A DNA stretch of 64,000 bases from an uncultured Desulfobacterales bacterium (lineage in GTDB: Bacteria; Desulfobacterota; Dissulfuribacteria; Dissulfuribacterales; JALVPX01). The stretch lies in the NCBI GenBank assembly GCA_964459155.1, contig CAYWKF010000044.1, positions 120,407 through 184,406 of the forward strand, in the 5' to 3' direction. The notes below the pieces were generated by a model. The model did not search any database and had not been told where the DNA came from. It saw nothing but the letters and a program-made list of their open reading frames with translations. Numbering within the stretch: the stretch's first letter is position 1; the number at the start of each line of letters is the position of its first letter. Shown piece after piece: positions 55,559 to 64,000 of the stretch. Position numbers and translations under genes: made by a program.

Positions 55559-55846
55559 TTATTGCTGCTTATTGATCTTTTCTCGCAGCACGCCTGATGG
55601 CTTGAAGGTTATCACCCTCCTGGGTTCCAGGATAAGGTCTTCCCCAGTGTGCGGATTCCGGCCTCTGCGGGCTCTCTTGTCCTTGACCGTGAATTTCCCA
55701 AATCCGCTTATGAGCACGCTTTCACCTGATTCCAATTTCTTTTTTATGATTTCGAGCAACGTTTCCACTGCCCGTACCGCTTCTGCCTTGGCAAATATTT
55801 CCTTTTGGGTTAAGCGGTTCACCAGATCAGCCTTTGTCAACGTCAT
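55559..55846 (-). CDS. Integration host factor / HU family DNA-binding protein (IHF-alpha-like)
   Basis: 95 aa. GFGKFTVKDKRARRGRNPHTGEDLILEPRRVITFKPS matches the IHF/HU arm. Confidence 0.9.
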   Translation of the reverse strand: MTLTKADLVNRLTQKEIFAKAEAVRAVETLLEIIKKKLESGESVLISGFGKFTVKDKRARRGRNPHTGEDLILEPRRVITFKPSGVLREKINKQQ

Positions 55847-56291
55847 TTTGTCGCCTCCCCAAATTTTATAGCAACGTTAAATCATTAAAAAAACATATAA
55901 ACCTGAGCATGGGAAGTCAAGAGAGATTGAGCTGTTCTTTGAGGCTCAAAGCTGTATCTCAATCTTTCTTGGTTATTCATTAGGGTTGCATTTTCATTTA
56001 TTAATTGTTCTTCAAAAGCCGCAGGTGACAATCTTTCCAGGCTCTGAAGCCCAATTACATTTTATTGAGACGATTACCGGGTCGTTCATAGAGTTTCTTT
56101 ACAAAGGTTGATTAATTCATCTGTAGTTTGGCCTGCTTTTGCCATGTTTACCCACCAAAACCAATTGGCTTTGAGGGTTTTCGCTTGTCTGGCTGAGGAG
56201 GAAAATATTTGCAACTTATCCCTTTACTGTTTAATAATATAGCGAATTTGAATAAAAAATGAAAATTACAATAGATTCTAGGTGCATAACT

Positions 56292-56519
56292 ATGAATGAG
56301 AAAGTACAAAAGGCATTGGACCAAGTAAGGCCAATGCTGCAAAGGGATGGCGGAGACGTCGAGCTAGTCGAAGTCGTAGAAGAAACAGGCGTGGTGAAGG
56401 TTAGGCTCAAAGGCGCATGTAAAGGATGCCCAATGAGCCAAATGACGCTCAAACAGGGTATCGAACGGTATCTTAAAGGCGAGGTGCCAGAAGTAACTTC
56501 GGTGGAAGCTGTAGACTAA
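56292..56519 (+). CDS. NifU-like C-terminal domain (Nfu-type Fe-S scaffold) protein
   Basis: [17 protein letters not shown]...[20 protein letters not shown] (CxxC). An alternative upstream start at 56259 is given in the track. Confidence 0.85.
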   Translation: MNEKVQKALDQVRPMLQRDGGDVELVEVVEETGVVKVRLKGACKGCPMSQMTLKQGIERYLKGEVPEVTSVEAVD

Positions 56520-56524
56520 GCCAA

Positions 56525-57007
56525 TCAATAGTGGTAGGGAACGTTGCGAACTATTGTGTAGGCGCGGTAAAGCTGTTCCATTAGGATCAAACGGGTCATT
56601 TCATGGGTAAAGGTCATGGGAGAAAGGGAAAGAGAGTAGTGGCTTTGGCTCACAAATTCTTCATGAAGACCAAAAGGCCCTCCAACTACAAAGGCCAGGG
56701 TGCTTATGCCCCTGTCCTCCAGACTGCTGAGCCACCTGGAAAAACCTTTGGAATCAAAGCGGGCTCCTCTTTCCTCAAGACACACTACATACTGGCTTTT
56801 CTGCACTGCCTTTGCAAGGGCGTGGGCCTCTTTCTTTTTTATTTTCTCCACAGTAACGTGCCTGGTGCTAAGGCCCTTGGCAACGTCTTTGATTTCTTTG
56901 ATTTCAAAAGAGACAAATGGGCGAAGACGCCTCTCATAATATTCGATTCCCTTTTTAATAAAGGAAGCTTTAGTCTTTCCAATCCATATGAGCTGAATCT
57001 TGATCAT
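56525..57007 (-). CDS. rlmH: 23S rRNA (pseudouridine1915-N3)-methyltransferase RlmH
   Basis: Starts MIKIQLIWIGKTK; ends with the SPOUT knot region (LSLSPMTFTHEMTRLILMEQLYRAYTI). The track ORF extension to 57328 is antisense to selA and is discarded. Confidence 0.9.
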   Translation of the reverse strand: MIKIQLIWIGKTKASFIKKGIEYYERRLRPFVSFEIKEIKDVAKGLSTRHVTVEKIKKKEAHALAKAVQKSQYVVCLEERGARFDSKGFSRWLSSLEDRGISTLAFVVGGPFGLHEEFVSQSHYSLSLSPMTFTHEMTRLILMEQLYRAYTIVRNVPYHY

Positions 57008-58418
57008 GGCATATAGCAAAAAACAGAAAGAAGCGTTGAAAAAGTTACCCAAGGTGGACTTGCTCGCCTCGCAGCTCCAAAAAGAAATACCCAAAGCTGT
57101 CAGAATGGAAGCAGCCAGAGACACTATAGCAGAACTCCGACAAAAAATCCTCGAATCAACAGAGCCAAACTTGACTTTGCTCTCTGACCATGCTGTTAGA
57201 AGAACCCTGAAAAAGTGCCTCAAGAAAAGGATGCAACCCTCCTTAAGGCCCTTGGTGAACGCCACTGGTGTGGTGATACATACCAACCTGGGCCGTTCAC
57301 CCCTTCCAGAGGAGATATTCGAACACATGTACCAGGTGGCAGTGGGCTATTCAAACCTGGAATATGATCTCGACGCAGGCAGGCGAGGCAGCCGCTATTC
57401 CCATGTGGAAGAGATATTGTGTGAACTAACAGGTGCGGAGGCTGCTTTGGTGGTAAACAATAACGCAGCAGCCGTGTTGATCACCCTTGAGACCATGGCC
57501 AAGGGAAGGGAGGTGATAGTCTCAAGGGGTGAGTTGGTAGAAATTGGAGGCTCTTTTCGCATTCCAGATGTCATGGCAAGGAGCGGAGCGATCTTGCGGG
57601 AAGTAGGTGCTACAAACCGCACCCATCTCAAAGATTATGCCAATGCCATTAGTGACGACACTGCCTTATTGATGAAGGTTCATCAGTCAAATTTCCAAAT
57701 AGTCGGTTTTACGAAGAGCGTTTCCATTGAGGAACTGGCTGAACTGGGAAAAAAGCATGGCCTCCCAGTGTATGAAGACCTTGGCAGTGGAAATCTAACT
57801 GAATTTTCAAGATATGGTCTGTTCCATGAACCCACTGTCCAGGAATCTTTGAAGTCAGGAGCTGATTTGGTCAGCTTCAGCGGAGACAAACTTTTGGGAG
57901 GACCCCAGGCAGGCATCATACTCGGTAAAAAGGAGTTGGTTGACCCCATCAAGAAAAATCCCATCAACAGGGCGGTCCGTATTGACAAGTTGACCCTTGC
58001 AGCACTGGAACATCTATTGAGAATATACAGAGACCCTGAATCTGCAGTGAAGGTCATACCTACGCTGAAAATGATAACCACTCCCTATTCCGAACTCAAA
58101 AGAAAGGCCTCTAGGCTATTGAAAAGACTCAAGGCCAAGGGCCTTGAGTGCTTGGATTTTGGGACCATCGATACCGTTTCCAGAGTTGGCGGTGGTGCAC
58201 TTCCCCTTCAAGATTTGAAGTCTAGGGCTGTTACCGTTGCGCCAAAAATAAAGGATATTTCTGCTGCAAGGCTTGAGGAATGGCTTAGAAATTATTCAGT
58301 TCCAGTTATAGTCCGTTTAGAAGAGGGTTTGGTTTTGATGGATGTGAGAACACTGTTCCCCCGTGACTTCCTGGTCATTGAAGAGGCATTGAGTGCCTTC
58401 TGCAATAAATTTCAATAA
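57006..58418 (+). CDS. selA: L-seryl-tRNA(Sec) selenium transferase
   Basis: N-terminal LPKVDLLASQL, VNATGVVIHTNLGRS and a SFSGDKLLGGPQAG PLP-lysine motif. Confidence 0.9.
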   Translation: MAYSKKQKEALKKLPKVDLLASQLQKEIPKAVRMEAARDTIAELRQKILESTEPNLTLLSDHAVRRTLKKCLKKRMQPSLRPLVNATGVVIHTNLGRSPLPEEIFEHMYQVAVGYSNLEYDLDAGRRGSRYSHVEEILCELTGAEAALVVNNNAAAVLITLETMAKGREVIVSRGELVEIGGSFRIPDVMARSGAILREVGATNRTHLKDYANAISDDTALLMKVHQSNFQIVGFTKSVSIEELAELGKKHGLPVYEDLGSGNLTEFSRYGLFHEPTVQESLKSGADLVSFSGDKLLGGPQAGIILGKKELVDPIKKNPINRAVRIDKLTLAALEHLLRIYRDPESAVKVIPTLKMITTPYSELKRKASRLLKRLKAKGLECLDFGTIDTVSRVGGGALPLQDLKSRAVTVAPKIKDISAARLEEWLRNYSVPVIVRLEEGLVLMDVRTLFPRDFLVIEEALSAFCNKFQ

Positions 58419-58443
58419 ACGCAGATGTTGGAGACGGTAATTC

Positions 58444-60294
58444 ATGAACTTCCATGACAAGGCATTAGCGGCCAACGTATTAGTGCTTTTGGGGCCTCAA
58501 CTACTTGAGGAACTTGACAAGATTTTTCCGTTTCAGACCTCTCGGATTTTGCCTGTGCCACCAGAAGAGGCTTTGACATCTTTTCCAATATCATCCAGGC
58601 AAAAAAGCCGTGCGATTGAGTCGTTGTCTAGACGAGAAGCATTTTGGGACAGGGTAGGGGAGCAAATAATAATTCCTATTGCACCAAGCGGCAGATACTT
58701 AGGAGTCGTAGTACTCCATGGCCCTGACCGCGATGCCTCACCAGATGAAGCGGAAAGTTGGCTTCCTCTTTTAAGAGATTGGCTTGAAAAAGGGCTGCGC
58801 CGTAACAAGATGGCGGCTCAGACCACTTCACAGGGTACCCTACCCATGATGCTTAAAAACATCATGGATCAGCCAGCTTTCTGGAAGCAGGGACCTTTTA
58901 ACCTGCTATACCTCAGATTCAACACCAAAAAAGACCTTTTTAACCAGGAAAAGGTTAGCGTAAGACCTCTTGTAGAAAAAGCCTTTGAAAATGTGTTGTT
59001 TTTAGGCGGCAATTTCAGGGAACTCTGGTACTTGGTTACCCTTCCTGACGATGTTGAGCAGGGAGCATCGCGCCTGCACCGCCTCATAGCCAATGCCAAA
59101 ATAAAAAGGCTGGGGTTGGAAAAGATTTTTGCCATGGACTTTGATGAACAGCTTCCATGGACTGATCAAAAAAAAGCCTGTGCCGAATTTGCCAAAACCG
59201 CCTCACTCCTCGATACGGATGTCTTCACCTCTGCAGCCCAAGCACACCTTGAAACGATGTTCAAGCTAGACTCCCTGCCCCACTTTTTGCAAAAGGCGTT
59301 TAAACTCAAAAAAGGTTTGGAAAATCACATAATTTGTTATGCCTCACCACTTACCAAACCCATGATAAAACGCCTGTCCAACAACAAGGACATCAAGTTT
59401 GTAATGGGATCCCAAAGTTCTGCACTTGTAGCCATGCCTCTGACCAAGGCCTCACTAGATGACAAAATCCGCGACTTAAGAAAATCCATTGTGGGGCACT
59501 CCAAAAAGAAAGTGACTTTTGGAATATGCCTCGACTCAGTCCCCAAACCACAGATGGGTGCGCTATGGGCTTACAGGCATGCTGCCCTTTTAGGTGAAGG
59601 TAAAACAGCCATTTTTGACGATGTCACACTCAATGTTGCTGGTGACGAAATGTTTGGCTGGGGAGATCTGTCAGGCTCCCTTAGACAGTACAGAAAAGGC
59701 GTAAAGCTGGGCCCAGGCAACAGCAATCTATGGAACAGTCTTGGTGTGTGCCTTGTACACATGGGGAGAAAAAAAGAGGCTATCCAGGCATTCCGCAAGG
59801 CTGCCAAACTTGATCCATCAAGCTTCATGGCCGTATACAATTTGGGATGTGCATATCTCACTGCCAATGATCCTCACAATGCCTTGAAAAATTTGAAAAG
59901 GGCCTTGGAGATAAACCCCGAAAACTTGGCAGCTGCCACCAGGCTCTCTTCCATTCTTTTGGACAGGGCGCGTTATAAAGAGGTAACGGACCTACTTGCT
60001 CCCTGGCTGTCTAAAAACAATGCCACACCGCTGGAAAGCCTACAGATTGCGGCAAAGGCATATTGGAAGCTTGGGAACTGGACGCAGGCCAAAAGATTAT
60101 GGCACAAAATTGTAGCAGCCTATCCTAACAATAGCGAGGCATTGGCCTACCTTGCCTTGGGATATGCCCAAAAGGCGAAAGATATTGAGACTGCCCGGCG
60201 GCTCGTAGGCCAGCTTAACGACTTTGATTTTGGTACCGTTTTCAACAAAAAAGAGCGTGCCTTGTTAAGCAAGGCATTGGGCTTGCCTCTATAG
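58444..60294 (+). CDS. TPR-repeat protein with an uncharacterised N-terminal region (possible degenerate GGDEF-like fold)
   Basis: 616 aa. The C-terminal ~200 aa carries TPR-type repeats (WNSLGVCLVHMGRKKEAIQAFRKAAKLDP, AVYNLGCAYL...ALKNLKRALEINP). The N-terminal assignment is speculative. Confidence 0.7.
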   Translation: MNFHDKALAANVLVLLGPQLLEELDKIFPFQTSRILPVPPEEALTSFPISSRQKSRAIESLSRREAFWDRVGEQIIIPIAPSGRYLGVVVLHGPDRDASPDEAESWLPLLRDWLEKGLRRNKMAAQTTSQGTLPMMLKNIMDQPAFWKQGPFNLLYLRFNTKKDLFNQEKVSVRPLVEKAFENVLFLGGNFRELWYLVTLPDDVEQGASRLHRLIANAKIKRLGLEKIFAMDFDEQLPWTDQKKACAEFAKTASLLDTDVFTSAAQAHLETMFKLDSLPHFLQKAFKLKKGLENHIICYASPLTKPMIKRLSNNKDIKFVMGSQSSALVAMPLTKASLDDKIRDLRKSIVGHSKKKVTFGICLDSVPKPQMGALWAYRHAALLGEGKTAIFDDVTLNVAGDEMFGWGDLSGSLRQYRKGVKLGPGNSNLWNSLGVCLVHMGRKKEAIQAFRKAAKLDPSSFMAVYNLGCAYLTANDPHNALKNLKRALEINPENLAAATRLSSILLDRARYKEVTDLLAPWLSKNNATPLESLQIAAKAYWKLGNWTQAKRLWHKIVAAYPNNSEALAYLALGYAQKAKDIETARRLVGQLNDFDFGTVFNKKERALLSKALGLPL

Positions 60295-60446
60295 CGGAGC
60301 CTCAAAACTGCTAGGTCAACAATTTTGGGCGTGCGCCCTAAACAGCTGCTGAATTGGGCTTCATTACCCTTGACAAATCTTTTTTAACCGTGTTAACAAA
60401 ACCTTCACCACTGTTAATATTCAAATTCAAACAGGAGATTTCATAG

Positions 60447-60992
60447 ATGAAAGAAGTCAGACTTCATGGCAGAGGCGGGCAAGGCGCTGTGACCTCAGCA
60501 GAATTGGTTGCTTCAGCTGCCATAGACGAGGGCAAATATGCCCAGGCCTTTCCAAGCTTCGGGCCAGAAAGGCGTGGTGCTCCAGTGGCTGCCTTTATCA
60601 GGGTGAGTGACAAGCAGATAAGGACACGTGAAAAGGTCTACCATCCAGACATAGTGGTCGTGCTGGATTCCTCCCTGCCTTCCTTGGTAAATGTGGCCGA
60701 CGGGCTTAAAGACGACGGTATCGTTATACTCAACACTGCTTTGGACGAGGCTGGAGTCCGTAAGGCCTTTGGCCTAAAGTGCAAGCTGGCATTGGTGGAT
60801 GCCAATACCATTGCTAGAGAGGTCTTGGGCCTACCAATAACCAACACCACCATGCTTGGAGCCCTTTTGAAGGCTACTGGCATTATTGGAACTGAAGCGT
60901 TGGAAGCGGCTCTCGACCGCAGGTTTGGAAAGCTTTCAGAAAAGAACAAAGCCGCCCTGAAACGGGCCTTTGATGAAACAAAAGTTTGTTAG
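60447..60992 (+). CDS. porG: Pyruvate/2-oxoacid:ferredoxin oxidoreductase, gamma subunit
   Basis: 181 aa. RLHGRGGQGAVTSAELVA N-terminus. First gene of the gamma-delta-alpha-beta order. Substrate (pyruvate versus other 2-oxoacids) cannot be decided from sequence by eye. Confidence 0.8.
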   Translation: MKEVRLHGRGGQGAVTSAELVASAAIDEGKYAQAFPSFGPERRGAPVAAFIRVSDKQIRTREKVYHPDIVVVLDSSLPSLVNVADGLKDDGIVILNTALDEAGVRKAFGLKCKLALVDANTIAREVLGLPITNTTMLGALLKATGIIGTEALEAALDRRFGKLSEKNKAALKRAFDETKVC

Positions 60993-61008
60993 ATAAGGGA
61001 GTGATAAG

Positions 61009-61302
61009 ATGGCAATAAATGACGCCATAATAGGCTGGAAGACTATCACCTTTGGGTGTGACGTTGTAGAGCCAGGAAATTCAGCCAATTTCCGCACAGG
61101 CGACTGGCGTTCCCAGCGCCCTGTGCTAGACAAGGAAAAATGCATTAAATGCGGCATGTGCTGGATTTTCTGCCCTGACATGTGTTACAGCCAAACAGAT
61201 GACGGATATTTTGAAGCAGATATGGAATATTGCAAAGGTTGTGGCATCTGTGCCCATCAGTGCCCCAAGGATGCCATAACCATGGTTCCGGAGGAGGGGT
61301 AA
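61009..61302 (+). CDS. porD: Pyruvate/2-oxoacid:ferredoxin oxidoreductase, delta subunit (2x[4Fe-4S] ferredoxin-like)
   Basis: 97 aa. CIKCGMCWIFCP and CKGCGICAHQCP cluster motifs. Confidence 0.85.
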   Translation: MAINDAIIGWKTITFGCDVVEPGNSANFRTGDWRSQRPVLDKEKCIKCGMCWIFCPDMCYSQTDDGYFEADMEYCKGCGICAHQCPKDAITMVPEEG

Positions 61303-61303
61303 A

Positions 61304-62482
61304 ATGGGAAAACGGATTGGTGTAGAAGTTTCAATTGCCGTAGCTGATGCAGTAAAACTTGCACGGGCAGAGGTCATACCGGCATATCCCATCACCCCCC
61401 AAACGCATATTGTGGAACATTTGGCTGAAATCGTTGCCAATGGGGAGTTGGATGCCGAATATATACCAGTGGAGTCAGAACACGCTGCTATGAGTGCCTG
61501 TTGTGGCGCAGCGGCGGCTGGGGCCAGGGTTTTTACTTCGTCTAGCGCCCAGGGCCTTTCTCTCATGAGCGAAATTCTCTATATACCGAGCACCATGCGC
61601 CTGCCCATGGTCATGGTGGTTGCCAACAGGGCTATGTCAGCCCCCATAAGTATCTGGAACGACCATCAAGACATCATGGTGCAAAGGGACATTGGCTGGA
61701 TCCAGACCTTTGCAGAAAATGGCCAAGAAGCAGTTGACCTAGTACTGCACGCCTTCAGGGTAGCAGAAGACAGGAAGGTCTCACTGCCTATGATAGTGAA
61801 TATAGACGGCTTTACCCTGAGCCATGTGATTGAGCCAATTGAGCTTCCTACACAGGAAGAAGTGGATGATTATATTCCTCCATTCAAACCTAAGAGGAAA
61901 CTCGATCCCAGAAAGCCGATTACCATGGGGCCTGTGGGCATACCCGAAGTCTATACTGAGGCAAAGGTTGCCCATGACCATGCCATCAAGAACTCCAGGA
62001 AGGTTATTTTAAAGGCCTGGAAGGAATTTGCAGACAAATTTGGCCGTGAATACCATCCAGTCGAGAGTTATAGGGCAGAGGGCGCTGATATGATCCTCGT
62101 TACAATGGGATCCATATCTGAAACGGCCATGACAGCCATAGATAAGATGAGGGATGACGGCAAAAATGTCGGTCTTGTGCGAATAAGGCTCTGGAGGCCG
62201 TTCCCCGCCCAAGAATTCAGGGCTGCAACTAAGCACGCCAAAGTTTTGGCAGTGGTTGACCGCTGCCTGCCTCCTGGTGCTGTATGCGGGCCTGTAGGGG
62301 CTGAACTGCGTTCCGTATTTTACAAGATTCCTGGTTCCCCCAAGATCTTCAGCTTTGTGGCTGGTTTGGGTGGCAGGGATGTAACAGTGGAAAGATTCGA
62401 AGAAATTATTGACAAGGCTGAACAATTTGCAAAGAGACGGCCTAAAGAACTTTATGAAGTGATCGGGGTGCGGGAAAAATGA
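61304..62482 (+). CDS. porA: Pyruvate/2-oxoacid:ferredoxin oxidoreductase, alpha subunit
   Basis: 392 aa. AYPITPQT and VESEHAAMSAC motifs. Confidence 0.85.
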   Translation: MGKRIGVEVSIAVADAVKLARAEVIPAYPITPQTHIVEHLAEIVANGELDAEYIPVESEHAAMSACCGAAAAGARVFTSSSAQGLSLMSEILYIPSTMRLPMVMVVANRAMSAPISIWNDHQDIMVQRDIGWIQTFAENGQEAVDLVLHAFRVAEDRKVSLPMIVNIDGFTLSHVIEPIELPTQEEVDDYIPPFKPKRKLDPRKPITMGPVGIPEVYTEAKVAHDHAIKNSRKVILKAWKEFADKFGREYHPVESYRAEGADMILVTMGSISETAMTAIDKMRDDGKNVGLVRIRLWRPFPAQEFRAATKHAKVLAVVDRCLPPGAVCGPVGAELRSVFYKIPGSPKIFSFVAGLGGRDVTVERFEEIIDKAEQFAKRRPKELYEVIGVREK

Positions 62483-63417
62483 TACCTGAATTTGAAAAAT
62501 TTAAAGGATTTTCAGCAAAGAATCTGCCTAAGGAAGAACCTCTGGCTCCAGGCCACAGGGCCTGTCAAGGCTGCGGCGAGGTGCTGGCCTTGCGTATGGT
62601 AATGAAGGCCTTGGGCAAAAATGTCATTGTTTGCAGTGCTACCGGATGTATGGAAATTATCACCTCACCTTATCCACATACTGCTTGGAGAGTGCCGTGG
62701 ATTCATATCGCCTTTGAAAACGCAGCTTCTGTTGCTTCAGGAGTAGAAGCTGCTCGCAAGGTACTTCAGCGCAAAGGCAAGATACCCAAAAAACATGTGG
62801 ATATAATGGCAGTCGGTGGTGACGGTGCAACAGGGGATATTGGCCTACAATGGATTTCAGGCGCCATGGAGAGGGGGCACGACTTTCTCTATGTTTGCCT
62901 TGACAATGAAGCCTACATGAATACTGGCGTACAGCGTTCCGGTTGTACTCCTTATGGAGCCATGACCACCACAAGCCCTCCAGGCAAACAGAGCTTTGGC
63001 CAGGTGACATGGAAAAAGAATGTGCCAGCCATAATGGCTGCCCACGGAATTCCATACGTGGCCACTGCTTCTCCAGCCTACTTTATTGATCTCATGAACA
63101 AAGTTAAAAAGGCCGCTTTGGTAAAAGGGCCTGCCTATGTGCATATTTACTCTCCCTGCCCGACTGGCTGGGGTTCTGCAGGGGAACGTTCTGTGGAGAT
63201 CTCGAAATTAGCGGTGGATACAAAGGTGTTCCCATTGTATGAAGTGATTGAAGGACGCTATTTTCTGAGCAGAAAGATCACCAAGCCGAAACCAGTGGAA
63301 GAGTATCTCAAACTTCAACGCCGCTTCCGCCATTTGGATGAAGAGCACATAGCCTATATCCAAAGGCGAGTTGATGCTGACTATGAAAAGCTGGTAAAGC
63401 TATCTGAAATGGCATAG
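62479..63417 (+). CDS. porB: Pyruvate/2-oxoacid:ferredoxin oxidoreductase, beta subunit (TPP-binding)
   Basis: 312 aa. CQGCG, GGDGATGDIG and LDNEAYMNTG TPP/cluster motifs. 4-nt overlap with the alpha subunit gene. Confidence 0.85.
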   Translation: MIPEFEKFKGFSAKNLPKEEPLAPGHRACQGCGEVLALRMVMKALGKNVIVCSATGCMEIITSPYPHTAWRVPWIHIAFENAASVASGVEAARKVLQRKGKIPKKHVDIMAVGGDGATGDIGLQWISGAMERGHDFLYVCLDNEAYMNTGVQRSGCTPYGAMTTTSPPGKQSFGQVTWKKNVPAIMAAHGIPYVATASPAYFIDLMNKVKKAALVKGPAYVHIYSPCPTGWGSAGERSVEISKLAVDTKVFPLYEVIEGRYFLSRKITKPKPVEEYLKLQRRFRHLDEEHIAYIQRRVDADYEKLVKLSEMA

Positions 63418-63440
63418 ACTCTGCCGAAACGAATCGATTT

Positions 63441-63471
63441 AAAAGGCGCCGTTCAACAAGGCGCCTTTTTT
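63441..63471 (+). terminator. Rho-independent terminator after porB
   Basis: AAAAGGCGCC / GGCGCCTTTTTT stem with a 9-nt loop and a T-run. Located 24 nt past the stop. Confidence 0.8.
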
Positions 63472-63475
63472 AATT

Positions 63476-64000
63476 ATGGGAGCCCCTTTCAGCCGCACAT
63501 TCGACATACTAATAGTAGGCGCTGGGCCAGCTGGTTCATATTTGGCTCACCTGCTAGCTCACCAAGGCGTTTCTGTAGCCATCATTGATAAAGAACCCTT
63601 CCCTCGCTACAAGGTCTGCGGGGGTGGACTGTGCTTAAGGGCCGTCAACCTCTTGCCCTTTGATCTCTCCTCAGTAGTAGAAGACAGGATCACCTCGGCT
63701 GTGGTGACCCTGAAGTGCCAAACCATCTGCCACAAACAGACACAGGATCCCATGATTTACATGGTCAGCCGGGAGGTCTTTGACACCTTTTTAATGGAAA
63801 AGGCCATTATGTCAGGTGCTAATTTTTGGGATGCAACAGCACTGCGATCCGTTGAGCCTTTAAACTCTGCCATCGAGATCAAAACTTCAAAGGGTGCCTT
63901 TAAAACTAAACTCATTGCTGGCGCAGACGGAGCGCTCTCCAAAACCGCCAGGTTGTTGGGTCTTGGTCCAGCTCCTAATCTGCTGCCGGCAATAGAGGCC
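63476..64000 (+). CDS. Geranylgeranyl-reductase-family FAD-dependent oxidoreductase, 3'-truncated by the window edge
   Basis: Hand translation from ATG 63476: MGAPFSRTFDILIVGAGPAGSYLAHLLAHQGVSVAIIDKEPFPRYKVCGGGL...LIAGADGALSKTARLLG. Open to position 64000. Not in the track because it has no stop in the window. Confidence 0.8.
   Translation, partial: MGAPFSRTFDILIVGAGPAGSYLAHLLAHQGVSVAIIDKEPFPRYKVCGGGLCLRAVNLLPFDLSSVVEDRITSAVVTLKCQTICHKQTQDPMIYMVSREVFDTFLMEKAIMSGANFWDATALRSVEPLNSAIEIKTSKGAFKTKLIAGADGALSKTARLLGLGPAPNLLPAIEA

Noticed and set aside
57008-57328. 107-codon upstream extension of the rlmH ORF.
   Set aside because: It is antisense to the well-supported selA coding sequence and has no family similarity. 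RlmH homologues start at the MIKIQLIWIGK-type N-terminus.
60327-60338. GGGCGTGCGCCC palindrome after the TPR gene, considered as a terminator.
   Set aside because: The loop would be only 2 nt and no T-run follows, so it is not a credible intrinsic terminator.
1-64000. Search by eye for CRISPR arrays, IS elements or transposases, integrases, rRNA genes, prophage genes and toxin-antitoxin pairs.
   Set aside because: No regularly spaced short direct repeats and no recombinase- or transposase-like ORFs were seen. The only RNA genes supported are tRNA-Leu and the structured-RNA candidate.

Overview
64-kb chromosomal segment of a flagellated, anaerobe-type bacterium. Four-subunit 2-oxoacid:ferredoxin oxidoreductase, cytochrome bd, SelA, inositol-phosphate synthase and an MJ0042-type zinc-ribbon protein suggest a Desulfobacterota-like lineage, but that is inference only. 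From about 13.4 kb rightwards the window is mostly housekeeping: nfi-like, cydAB, hisD-gltX, ino1, kamA-like, cfa, an isochorismatase/3-TM/archease/rtcB operon, an actP/DUF4212/exonuclease/DUF294/acs acetate cluster, queF, ftsE-ftsX-envC-ctpA-yibQ, two pilT paralogues, galU, priA, fliK-flgD-flgE, a PilZ protein, a 933-aa Hsp70-like protein, tRNA-Leu(CAG), ribF, an IHF-like gene, a nifU-like gene, rlmH, selA, a TPR protein and porGDAB. The left ~13 kb looks accessory. It holds two giant secreted multidomain proteins that share a ~95-aa N-terminal module. One (>=1663 aa, AT-rich) runs off the left edge and is therefore missing from the ORF track. The other (1546 aa) fuses DUF4838-like and tandem beta-sandwich modules to a DUF1800 domain and is followed by a Tat-signal DUF1501 protein. 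A second edge-truncated gene, also absent from the track, starts at 63476. The strongest leads are the shared-module giant protein pair with the DUF1800/DUF1501 context, and a ~200-nt rod-shaped, 6S-like structured RNA candidate with its own promoter between cfa and rtcB, bracketed by 57-bp direct repeats. No CRISPR array, transposase, integrase or rRNA was seen. All family assignments come from motif recognition by eye; no database search was run.
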